This document shows, piece after piece, positions 17,433 through 28,868 of a stretch of DNA of 64,000 nt. Position 1 is the first letter of the stretch. Each line of letters opens with the position of its first letter. The notes beneath the pieces are model-generated. The model was given only the letters and a program-made list of their open reading frames with translations. It did no database searches and was not told the origin of the DNA. A program made the position numbers and the translations under genes. This DNA is from Eledone cirrhosa (lineage: Eukaryota), in NCBI GenBank assembly GCA_964016885.1, contig OZ024742.1, forward strand, positions 136,400,001 through 136,464,000, in the 5' to 3' direction.

Positions 17433-18187
17433 GTATATGTATGTATGTATATATGTATATATATATGTGTATGTATGTATGTGTATATGGATGTGTATGT
17501 ATGTGTATGTGTGTACACATGGACTAGAGTATGTATGTATATATGTGTGTGTCTATACGTGTGTATATATAAAGATAAGTTGAGTATGAAAATGTATACA
17601 CATGAGCGCGTATGTATGTACATGAATACAAGTGTGTATATATATGTGTATGCATGTGTATATATATGTAAGTATGAATATGTGAATTGTGAGTATATGT
17701 ATTTTGTAGAGGTGTGCAAATATATTTGTGTGTGAATGCGTGGGTGAAAGAATACGTACACTTGAAAGAAAAATTTAAGTCTGAATGTTAAGTGCAAACA
17801 CAAAACCAACCACGCATATCTTTACTATCTCTAATCCTTCTATAGATTTAGAAAAATAACCAATAATATATTCTATAAAAAATGTCAAAACAACAGATGG
17901 GAATCTAATTAATCACTGCCACCAAGAATTCTCACTGCTATCGAAAAACCACTCCTTCAACTATTCTTCTAACAACTTCACCCCTTCCTCCTAATATTCT
18001 CTATAAAAACTAAATAGGTCCTCAGTAATATTATTCTGATGAAATGACAGTAAACAATAACATTGAAATATTGAATGTCTGCATAACTAAAAGTTTGTAG
18101 ATAGCTGTTTTAGGTTATGTAACTGTTATAGAAACACGTGTCAATAAATTCCTTTCAACTAAACTGTATCCATTCAAATCTTTCTAT
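16637..18187 (+). repeat. Upstream direct repeat: duplicated GIY-YIG coding 3' end, 3' UTR and pLTR
   Basis: Matches 20234-21784 with no difference found by eye; the ORF track gives identical peptides at offset 3597. Confidence 0.95.
18031..18147 (+). ncRNA. Type I hammerhead ribozyme in the upstream pLTR
   Basis: Stem I ttatt/aataa, CTGATGA 18036-18042, stem II atgacagt/actgttat, GAAAC-acgt-GTC 18131-18142 with palindromic stem III ACACGTGT; cleavage predicted after C18142. Confidence 0.85.
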
Positions 18188-18351
18188 TTTTCTCCGGATT
18201 ACTTTTGGAACTACAACTGGAACCGTCGAGCAAACTCTACGTGAGCTGATAATCTACTGTGTGTAATATTTATATTACAACACAACGGAAAAAACTGTAT
18301 ATTTACCTCCTGTAAAGTCGAGCAACCCACACAGCAAACGCAACCACAACA

Positions 18352-20673
18352 ATGGAAAAACACTACCTGGATATGTCACTCAAAAACATACCAACCCAAG
18401 GTAGAAAGGAATATTTATTGAGCATGATTCAAAAAACTAATGAATTCATTCGACGTGTCAGGTGGAAAACGCTCCACTATGATAGAAGCCGTATGAACTC
18501 AACATTAGAAAGTGATGTAAACAAAAAATTCGGTTTTAGGACTTGTAAAAACCCACCCACCAACCCACTATTGGATGCATTTGAGCAGGACCTTATGAAC
18601 TTAATCCTTAAAATTAAATTCAAAGGACGCAACACCAACAGCAAATTACAGAAAGATATAAAAAAACTACTGGACGACCTTAAAAACACCAAAGGAATTG
18701 TAGTAAAAGCGGACAAAACATCAAACCTGTACACTATGGATTGCACTACATACAACAACTTCATTCGAAAAGAATTACATAAAAAATATAGAAAAACGAG
18801 TGAAGTGACCCTTAAGCACATCAATGATGAGGCATGCGAAATAGTGAAAAATCTCGGAATCGAAGATAGGACAGGACCACTCTTACCGGCGGTACCCACT
18901 TTCAATCTTAAGGACCACAAGGTAAACTTTGATAATGACCCTAAAATTAGATTAATCTGCCCCTCTAAATCAGATATAGGTAAAATAAGCAAATATATCT
19001 TAGATAGAATCATCCCCCAAATTAAGGCTAAGGTTAACATTAAACTCTGGGGGAAGACCCAAGAAGCAATAAGATGGTTTAATAGCATTAGCAATAAGAA
19101 TAAATCTAAGTTTATCCAGTTTGATATCGATGAATATTACTCATCGATATCACCTGAAACTTTGAATAGAGCCATTAAGTTTGCTAAGGATAACTCCGAC
19201 CTTACAAACGATGAAATTAAGATTATATTAGAAGCTAGGAAAACTATAGTCAAATTTGAGAACAGTTATTGGGTACGTAAAGATAGACCCTCTAACTTTG
19301 ACATAACAATGGGCTCTAACGATTCGGCTGAAATAACTGATATTGTGGGGTTATTTATCGCCTTTAGACTCCAGGAAAAATTCAGCAATCTCCACGGCGG
19401 AATATACCGCGACGATGTTCTCCTCCTAGCTAAAAACCTTAATAACCAAAAACTAGAAAAACTACGCAAAGATATAAGAAAACTACTACTCGAAATAGGA
19501 CTAACTATAACATATGAATACAACCTTAAAGTAGTTAACTTCCTGGATGTCACACTCAATTTAAACTCTGGTTTGATTAAACCGTTTCATAAATTGAATG
19601 AAAATCTCAAATACGTAAATGTTGGGTCTAACCACCCCATCTCTATAATTAAATCTATCCCTAAAAATATTTCCCTTAGAATCTCGGGTCTATCTTCTAA
19701 CATACAAGTATTTAAGGAACACGCCGAGTACTACGATAACGCCCTTAGTAAAGCAGGCTACCTCAACAAAATAGAGTACATAGATGGGAACAATCAAAAC
19801 ACCCAAAATAAATCCCACATAGGTAGATATAATAACACAACACCAAACCACACTTACAACCATAGTATGCACACCAGTAAACCAACAAACAAAACTAATA
19901 GAAAGCGATGCAAAGAGTACTTATGGTATAACCCCGAATACAATAGCTCCATTAGTACAAATTTACCAGTACTCTTCTTTAAAATAATTAAAAGACATTT
20001 TCCCACATCACACAAATACCACAAAATCCTAAACCCTACCACTATAAGACTGTCATACTCTACAGCGTTAAACCTTGAACAACACATAAAAAAGATCAAT
20101 ACTAGAAGGTTAAACGAAAACACTAAGAACTTAAGTACAAAGAACCCCAAAAAAACAGTAGACAATACACTACAGAACATAAATAAACCACACCTAAGTT
20201 CGTCCGCAATACTACTCCAGAGAAAACCCAACGTACACAACTGTAACTGCACCTATCCTGACAACTGCCCCCTCGGCAATAACTGCCTGGAAAAAAATAT
20301 TATTTATAAGTGTACCATTAAATCCGGAGGCAACGAGTGGTATTACGTGGGATCAACGGCAACATCGTTTAAATCTCGATTGTATAGGCATTCTTACTCA
20401 ATAAAACACCAGAGCCAAAGAAATGTAACAACTTTAGCAGAGAAAGCTTGGACGCTCAGGGATAGCAATCAAAAGTTTACCCTAAAATGGGAAAAATTAG
20501 CTAAAACCCAAAGCTTTTCCAGGAGCCAAAATTTCTGCAAATTGTGTAATCTTGAGATTTATTACATAATCACACACAGGAAGAAACTGCTGAATAACAG
20601 AATTGAACGAACATTATTCTGCCGTCACAGAACTAAAACCCTTTTTTCCCACTACAAGCCGAATATTACATAA
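18352..20673 (+). CDS. Penelope-like element polyprotein: reverse transcriptase plus C-terminal GIY-YIG endonuclease (773 aa)
   Basis: N-terminal SLKNIP..RRVRWK, KADKTS, QFDIDEYY, ITMGS, YRDD catalytic motif, FLDVTL, Cys cluster [27 protein letters not shown] motif, RLYRH and CKLC; uninterrupted frame. Confidence 0.95.
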   Translation: MEKHYLDMSLKNIPTQGRKEYLLSMIQKTNEFIRRVRWKTLHYDRSRMNSTLESDVNKKFGFRTCKNPPTNPLLDAFEQDLMNLILKIKFKGRNTNSKLQKDIKKLLDDLKNTKGIVVKADKTSNLYTMDCTTYNNFIRKELHKKYRKTSEVTLKHINDEACEIVKNLGIEDRTGPLLPAVPTFNLKDHKVNFDNDPKIRLICPSKSDIGKISKYILDRIIPQIKAKVNIKLWGKTQEAIRWFNSISNKNKSKFIQFDIDEYYSSISPETLNRAIKFAKDNSDLTNDEIKIILEARKTIVKFENSYWVRKDRPSNFDITMGSNDSAEITDIVGLFIAFRLQEKFSNLHGGIYRDDVLLLAKNLNNQKLEKLRKDIRKLLLEIGLTITYEYNLKVVNFLDVTLNLNSGLIKPFHKLNENLKYVNVGSNHPISIIKSIPKNISLRISGLSSNIQVFKEHAEYYDNALSKAGYLNKIEYIDGNNQNTQNKSHIGRYNNTTPNHTYNHSMHTSKPTNKTNRKRCKEYLWYNPEYNSSISTNLPVLFFKIIKRHFPTSHKYHKILNPTTIRLSYSTALNLEQHIKKINTRRLNENTKNLSTKNPKKTVDNTLQNINKPHLSSSAILLQRKPNVHNCNCTYPDNCPLGNNCLEKNIIYKCTIKSGGNEWYYVGSTATSFKSRLYRHSYSIKHQSQRNVTTLAEKAWTLRDSNQKFTLKWEKLAKTQSFSRSQNFCKLCNLEIYYIITHRKKLLNNRIERTLFCRHRTKTLFSHYKPNIT

Positions 20674-20942
20674 AAGAGGGACATCCCCCAACTATATAAA
20701 CCTTAATCTAGTTAGAAAAATATAAAAACAATCTCTTTTCAACATATATTAATAACCTTAAATTACCATACTAATAATGAAAAGATATGCTGATGAGAAT
20801 AGGTACAAATATGCGATAATGAATGTGTCTAAAAACGTCCATAAGTATGTATATATATGTGAAAATGTATATAAATAAGTAAATATATATATATGTTTGA
20901 TGTGTATAGTTAGATGTAAGTGTATTCATGTATTAAAGTGCT

Positions 20943-20975
<33 letters not shown>

Positions 20976-20998
20976 ATATGTGTGTATATATGTATGTG

Positions 20999-21029
<31 letters not shown>

Positions 21030-21784
21030 GTATATGTATGTATGTATATATGTATATATATATGTGTATGTATGTATGTGTATATGGATGTGTATGTATG
21101 TGTATGTGTGTACACATGGACTAGAGTATGTATGTATATATGTGTGTGTCTATACGTGTGTATATATAAAGATAAGTTGAGTATGAAAATGTATACACAT
21201 GAGCGCGTATGTATGTACATGAATACAAGTGTGTATATATATGTGTATGCATGTGTATATATATGTAAGTATGAATATGTGAATTGTGAGTATATGTATT
21301 TTGTAGAGGTGTGCAAATATATTTGTGTGTGAATGCGTGGGTGAAAGAATACGTACACTTGAAAGAAAAATTTAAGTCTGAATGTTAAGTGCAAACACAA
21401 AACCAACCACGCATATCTTTACTATCTCTAATCCTTCTATAGATTTAGAAAAATAACCAATAATATATTCTATAAAAAATGTCAAAACAACAGATGGGAA
21501 TCTAATTAATCACTGCCACCAAGAATTCTCACTGCTATCGAAAAACCACTCCTTCAACTATTCTTCTAACAACTTCACCCCTTCCTCCTAATATTCTCTA
21601 TAAAAACTAAATAGGTCCTCAGTAATATTATTCTGATGAAATGACAGTAAACAATAACATTGAAATATTGAATGTCTGCATAACTAAAAGTTTGTAGATA
21701 GCTGTTTTAGGTTATGTAACTGTTATAGAAACACGTGTCAATAAATTCCTTTCAACTAAACTGTATCCATTCAAATCTTTCTAT
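20234..21784 (+). repeat. Downstream direct repeat (ORF 3' end, 3' UTR and pLTR)
   Basis: Copy of 16637-18187; ends at ...caaatctttctat running into (TA)n. Confidence 0.95.
21628..21744 (+). ncRNA. Type I hammerhead ribozyme in the downstream pLTR
   Basis: Same sequence as 18031-18147; cleavage predicted after C21739. Confidence 0.85.
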
Positions 21785-21826
21785 ATATATATATATGCAT
21801 ATATATATATATATGCATATATATAC

Positions 21827-21857
<31 letters not shown>

Positions 21858-21963
21858 CATATATATATGCATATATATAATGTATATTTATATAATACAT
21901 ACATATATATATATATATATAATACATATATACATATATATATACATATATATATATAATACA

Positions 21964-21997
<34 letters not shown>

Positions 21998-22041
21998 ATA
22001 CATATCTATATATATATATATAATACATATCTATATATACA

Positions 22042-22077
<36 letters not shown>

Positions 22078-22421
22078 CATATATATATAATACATATATA
22101 TATATATACATATATATATAATACATATATATATATATACATATATATATAATACATATATATATATTTACATATATATATAATACATATACATATATAT
22201 AATACATATATATATATATATACATATATATATAATACATATATATATATATAATACATATATATATATAATACATATATATATAATACATATATATAAT
22301 ACGTATATATATATAATACATATATATATAATACATATATATATAATACATATATATAATACGTATATATATATAATACATATATATATATATATAATAC
22401 ATATATATATATATATAATAC

Positions 22422-22466
<45 letters not shown>

Positions 22467-22488
22467 ATACATATATATATATATATAT

Positions 22489-22524
<36 letters not shown>

Positions 22525-22771
22525 TATATATATAATACACATATATATAATACATATATATCTATATATATATATATATATAATATATATATATATATAT
22601 AATATATATATATATATATAATACATATATATATAATACATATATATATATATATAATACATATATATATATATATATAATACATATATATATATATATA
22701 CAATACATATATATATATATATATATAATACATATATATATATAATACATATATATATATATAATACATAT
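21785..22771. repeat. Compound (TA)n/(ATAATAC) microsatellite
   Basis: Directly visible. Confidence 0.95.
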
Positions 22772-25700
22772 ATCATCATCATCATCATCATTTTACATCC
22801 GCTTTTCCCTGCTTGCAATGGTGTGACGGGTCTTATTCAGCACAGCATCTCTCCACTCGTCACGGTCCCTCGTCGTCTCCACTGTGAGCGTCAATGATCT
22901 GAGGTCTGTTCTCATCACCTCCGCCCATGTTTTTCGTGGTCTACCTCTACCACGTCTTCCTTCAACTGGCAATTCCTGGCACTTCTTCACCCATCGGTCA
23001 TCTTCCATGCGCATCACATGTCCATACCACCTCAGTCTCCTCTCCCGTACACTACATTCTATCTCTCTCAGACACAGTTTCTTTCTCAACAAATTTATGC
23101 TGGGTCGTTCACGCACATTTACACTGCACATCCAACGGAGCATGCTTGCCTCATTTCTCTCCAGCCGTCGCATATCCTCTGCAGTTGCTGCCCATGTCTC
23201 ACTACCATGCAGCATCACGCTCCTCACACAGGCATCATACAACCGGCCTTTCGTATGCAGGGAGAAACCCTTCTTCGTCAACAGAGGAAGCAGCTCCCTA
23301 AACTTCTTCCAACCCATCCTTATTCGAGATACTATGGCCTCGGAACACCCTCCTCCCATGCTAATCTGATCTCCTAGGTACCGGAAGCTATCCACCACTT
23401 CTATAGCTCCCTCCTGCATTTGAAAAATGTGTCTATCAATGTGACTTCTACTGTCTAATTTCCCTGTACATCTACTGCATACATATTTCTCCCTACCTGT
23501 CAGTTTGCCTGCTATCCCGCTACATCTCTTGTGTACCCAGGATCTGCATTGTGTGCATTTTATAGAATTTATGCCAGTTCCTTTTCTGCATATCGAACAT
23601 GGCCATTTCCCTGACGGAATCAGGGTTTTGTCTTCTTTTCTACTCATCAACACTTTTGTCTTAGCTAGATTCACTCTCAGCCCTCTTGCTTCAAACTGCT
23701 GTTTCCATAGCCAGAATTTATTCTCTAGCTCCTCTACTGATTCTGCTATAAGAACCAGATCGTCAGCATAGAGAAGTTCCCATGGACAGCCAGTCTTAAA
23801 CTCCTCTGTTATGGCTTGGAGGACTATAATGAACAAGAGCGGGCTGAGGACCGAACCCTGATGTACTCCTACTTATATCTGGAATTCCTCACTAAACTCC
23901 ATTCCTACCCTGACTTTACTGAGAGTACCTCTGTACAAAGTTTGCACTGTCCTCACAAGCCATTCCTCAACACCTAGCTTCCTGAGGGACCACCAGATGA
24001 CAGATCGGGGTACCCTATCAAAGGCCTTCTCTAGGTCAACAAAGGCTAAGTATAGTGGTTTATTCTTCTCTAAGAACCTCTCTTGCAATTGTCTCACCAA
24101 GAAGAGGGCATCTATTGTACTCTTCCCAGGCACAAAACCAAACTGCATCTCATCTAGTTTGACCCTTTCTCTAATTAGTTGTGCTAAAATCCTTTCTGCT
24201 ACTTTCATAACCTGATCTATCAGTTTCATACCCCTATAATTGATCCTCTCCAAAGCACCCCCTTTACCTTTGTAGCAATTTATGAGAATACTGCTGCACC
24301 AGTCTTTGGGTATGACACCACCATATATAGCCTGATTGATGATGCGTGCAACCAGTTTAGTGCCTACGTCCCCTGATGCCTTCAGCATCTCAGCAACTAT
24401 TCCCGATGGTCCGGCAGCCTTACCATTTTTCATTTCCCTAATCGTCTCTTGGACCCTATATTCATCAATCTCAATAGCTGGTCCCTCTGTCGGATCTACC
24501 AAGGGTAATTTCTCTCTCTCCCATTCGTTCTCCACATTCACCAGTCTCTCACAATGACATTTCCAGGCCTCCTTTTTCTGATCACTCGTGACACTAAGTA
24601 CACCGGCATCATCCCGGACACATTTATCTCCAACAACATCCTGATTTGCATTGACACACTGCCTTGCAATGTGGAACACCGCACGCCTCTGATCTTCCCG
24701 TCGCAGAACATTGGCAAACCTCCTACTCTCTGCCTCCCTGCGTGCTAAGTACACCTGACATCTAGCTTCTCACTTAGTGGCTGTATATTCTTCCCTACTC
24801 CCACCCTTTTTTCAAGCCTTCCATGCTAGTCTTTTGTCTCTAATAGCCTTATCTACTGTGCTGTTCCACCACCAGGTCACTCTCTGTCTGGTTGGAGCTC
24901 TGCTCCAGCCACAGGTTTCATCAGTAGTTTGCAGCAAGTTGTCACGTAAGAAATTCCAGTTATTATCTATGTCATACGTCTCTAAATCGTCTTCTTTTTC
25001 GTCATATACATCTTGAAGGGCTTTCCTAAATTTGTATTTTAGTGAAAGGTCTTTTAGCTTCCAGACCTTTCTTCTCCACACCTTCCTATATGTCTCATTC
25101 CATCTCTTGCTTACTGAGATATCACTAACAACTAACCTATGCTGTGGGGTACATTCTTCCCCAGAGTATGCCTTGGTATTAGACACTATCTGCCTGTCCC
25201 GCTGCCTAACTAGTAAGAAGTCAATCTGGCTTATGTGCTCACCAGATTTGTAGGTTATTAGGTGATTGGCAGGTTTCTGGATTTTTGTGTTGCAAATAGT
25301 CAATGTACCCGCATCACAAAATTCAAGAAGTGTCACTCCTTCTTCATTTCTTGAACCGTAACCACCATGTACCCCAGTGTAACCATCCTGGAGCTGTCCA
25401 ACATGACCATTGAAGTCTCCTGCTAGCATAACGATATCTCCGTCCTCTGTCATTGCAGTTGTTTGCAAAAGTTGCTCATAAAAGCAGTCTTTCTCATATT
25501 TGCCTAGGCCTGCTTGGGGAGCATAGGCCGATATGATTGTCAGTAGTCTCCTACCTACAACTAATCTAAGCTTAATTATTCGATTACTAACTCGAACTAC
25601 CTCTATTGTTTTATTGATCTATTTCTCAGCCAGGAAAATGCCTACTCCCCCTAGCCCATCATCCTTACCTACCCAGAATAGCCTATAGCTAAGACGCTTG

Positions 25701-25799
25701 CCTACGACTAGTCTCGCAGAGGCACCTCTCCATCTCACCTCTTGCACGCAGCACACATCCACCTGCCTTCTCTCCAGAATCTCTGCTATTTCAGCAGAT
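22772..25799 (-). mobile_element. Near full-length, disrupted RTE-clade LINE (APE endonuclease plus RT)
   Basis: Minus-strand peptides VDVCCVQEVRW, AGDFNGHVG, QHRLVV (APE) and KAAGPSG, FVDLEKAFDRV, LLYADDLVL, RLRWYGHVMRM, RGRPRKTW (RT and C terminus); split by stops or frameshifts; (GAT)n tail at 22772-22790. Confidence 0.93.
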
Positions 25800-26335
25800 A
25801 TATATTACATATATATATATATAATACATATATATATATATATATAATACATATATATATATAATACATATATATATATATACATAATACATATATATAT
25901 ATATATATATATAATACATATATATATATATATATATATAATACATATATATATATATAATACATATATATATATATAATACATATATATATATATATAA
26001 TACATATATATATAATACATATATATACATATATATATGCATATATATATACATATATATATGCATATATATATAAATATATATATGCATATATATATAT
26101 ACATATATATATGCATACATATATATATGCATATATATAGGCATATATATATACATATATATATGCATATATATATACATATATATATGCATACATATAT
26201 ATATGCATACATATATACATATGCATATATATATATATATATGCATATATATATATACATATATATATGCATACATATATATGCATATATATATACATAT
26301 ATATATGCATACATATATATATATGTATATATATA
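25800..26335. repeat. Compound (TA)n microsatellite
   Basis: Directly visible. Confidence 0.95.
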
Positions 26336-26338
26336 CTT

Positions 26339-27010
26339 ATTATTTTAAATCAAGACAGGCAAACCGTATTATTTTAATTAGTATTTTTCAATCTTGCAAT
26401 ACAAACACATGTATACTTGTATTAGTGTTTATCCCTATCATATATTCATATATTCACGGCTCAGAAATATTCGTTTCTTTGAGCTATTTAATTGTGAAGG
26501 ACTATTTGAGTTTATAACTCTATATATAATAGTCTTGGCTCCATACGTTGAGCTAATTTTTAGTCCCATAGAACAGGCTGCCATTTTTAGCAGCACGAGT
26601 ATGGGACGAGCTAGGCACTGAGACACATGTGCGTTCAACAACACATTTCTCTCAGTCTTCTTAAGTATTGTGAAGTGAAAGTTACCAATTTCTGGATACC
26701 TGCAGAAGAGCACAGGAATAGGAACTTTCACTTAATTGTTGCGAAATAAATTTAAAATTTAAAATTTGTCAAGGTATCACGGCTATTGCCAATATAGGTT
26801 TGTTTTTATTGATTTACTATTTTAAATTGAGACAGGCAAACCATATTATTTTAATTAGTATTTTTCAATCTAGCTAACTTGGTCATTTGCAATGAGACAC
26901 ATGTTTATCCCTATCATATATTCATTTGTATTACATGGCTCAGAAATATTCCTTTCTTTGTGCTATTTAATTGTAAAAGACTATTTGAGTTTATAACTCT
27001 ATATATAATA
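26339..27010. repeat. Diverged direct repeat of about 190 bp (26339-26531 and 26818-27010) around a hairpin-rich spacer
   Basis: Shared blocks agacaggcaaacc.tattattttaattagtatttttcaatct, tgtttatccctatcatatattcat, ggctcagaaatattc and gactatttgagtttataactctatatataata. Confidence 0.8.
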
Positions 27011-27119
27011 TATATACATATATATATACATATATATACATATAGACATACATATATATATATATACATACATATATATATATATAAATATATATATACA
27101 CATATATATATATATATAT

Positions 27120-28868
27120 ATCATCATCATCACAATTTTACGTCCGTTCTTCCATGCTAGCATTGGTTAGATGGGTTGTCCTGTGGTGGGCAGTGTCTGG
27201 TCGGCTGACCATGCCTTGCTCATACAGGAACTGATATTGGCTTGATTTCTACAGCTGGATGCCCTTCCTAACACCAACCTCATTTACAGTGAGTGCTGGG
27301 TGCTTTTTCCGTGGCGCCTACACGTCCACTTTACAGTGTGGGCTGGGTGCTTTTTTGCGGTGGCACCTCCACGACCATCTTGCAGTGGAAGGGTGTGGGG
27401 CCATATTGTCTATATGCTTCAGCTTGTACCCATAGGAGGTCGGGTACTCTGTATTACTGTGTGAAGCCAGCGGTCACGGTCGTGTGTCATCACCTTTGAG
27501 AGGTGTAATTGGGTAAGGTCGGCTTTTATCACCTCATCCCAGGTCTTCTAGGGTCTCCCCACTCCCACTCTGCATCTTTTTATGCAGCTGTCATCCTTCA
27601 TACGCATCACATGTCCACACCAATGCAACTGCCTCTCCTGCACACAGAATTTGATTCCTCTTATGCTCAGTCTCAATTCATTTATGCTTTGTCGCTTGTG
27701 TATAGTACTATAACACATCCATCGGAGCATGCAGGCTTCGTTTCTTTCTAATCTACGTAAGTCTTCCACCTTCAGCGCCCAGGTCTCACTACCATGTAAC
27801 ATTGCTGTTTGGATACACGCAACATACAGTCTGCCTTTCATTTTGAGGGAGAAGCCTTTTGCAGCTAGCAGTGGCAGTAGTTCCCTGAACTTCTTCCATC
27901 CCGTTCTTACCCTAGTTATTGTACTTTCTGAACACCCACCTCTGCTGCTAATTCGGTCACCTAGGTAGCAGAAGCTGTCTACTGTTTCTACAGAGCCCTC
28001 CCAGAGATTGGTGGTACTTGTTTCCTGTGGCTGTTCGCTGCTTGCATGTGAAGCCTACATTCTTAATTAAGCTTCCCGAGATCCCGCTACATCTCTTGTG
28101 TACCCATTGTTTGCATTTGGGGCAGAGAATGGAGTTCCTACCTACACCTTTCCTACATACTGAGCAAGGCTATTTCTCTGAGGGGATCTGGGTTCTGTTT
28201 TCTCATCTACTTACAAGGACCTTAGTCTTTGTCATTTTGACTTTGAGACCCTTTCTTTCTAGTCTCTGCTTCCAAGTTTGGAATTTATTCTCTAGTTCTA
28301 CCATAGATTCAGCTATAAGTGTGAGGTCATCAGCATACAGGAGTTCCCATGGGCATCCGGTCTTAAACTCCTCCGTTATTGCCTGCAGGACTATGATGAA
28401 CAGGAGAGGGCTAAGAACAGAGCCCTGGTGGACACCAACCTGTATGCTAAATTCCTCGCTATACTCATTTCTAATCCTAACTTTGCTGACTGCTCCCCTA
28501 TACATGACTTGTACAGCTTTCACAAGCCATTCATCTACTCCTAGTTTTCTAAGAGCCCACCAGATTACAGCACGTGGAACTCTGTCAAAGGCTTTCTCGA
28601 GATCGACGAATGCCAGGTAGAGTGGCTTACTTTTAGCTAGGTACTTTTCCTGTAACTGCCTCACAAGGAAGAGGGCATCAGTGGTACCTCTTCCTGGTAC
28701 AAACCCAAATTGCATCTCATCTAGTTTCACCCGGTCCCTAATCAACTGTGCTATAACTCTTTCTGTTACTTTCATGACCTGGTCCATCAGCTTTATACCT
28801 CTATAGTTTCCTCTATCAAGTGTATCACCTTTACCTTTGTAGCAGTTGACAATGATGCTACTGCACCA
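27120..28868 (-). mobile_element. 5'-truncated, degraded RTE LINE (second subfamily, long 3' UTR)
   Basis: Peptides FVDLEKAFDRVPR, GVHQGSVLSPLLF, LLYADDL and LHGSETWAL; (GAT)n tail at about 27120. Confidence 0.9.

Larger units (their letters stand above)
16637..21784 (+). mobile_element. Penelope-like retroelement (Naiad-like) in partial-tandem arrangement
   Basis: Intact RT plus GIY-YIG ORF flanked by 1551-bp direct repeats (offset 3597 bp) containing hammerheads; both ends abut (TA)n. Confidence 0.93.

Noticed and set aside
17985-18030. Minus-strand CTGAGGA next to the pLTR hammerhead (possible antisense ribozyme)
   Set aside because: Followed by a ctat/atag stem, but GAAT rather than GAAA and no valid stem I or III.
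20674-20900. Selenoprotein/SECIS, as reported for some Naiad elements
   Set aside because: The ORF has no in-frame TGA and ends in TAA; no convincing SECIS stem found by eye.
18477-28620. Antisense ORFs overlapping the PLE and RTE coding regions
   Set aside because: Shadow frames of genuine retroelement ORFs.
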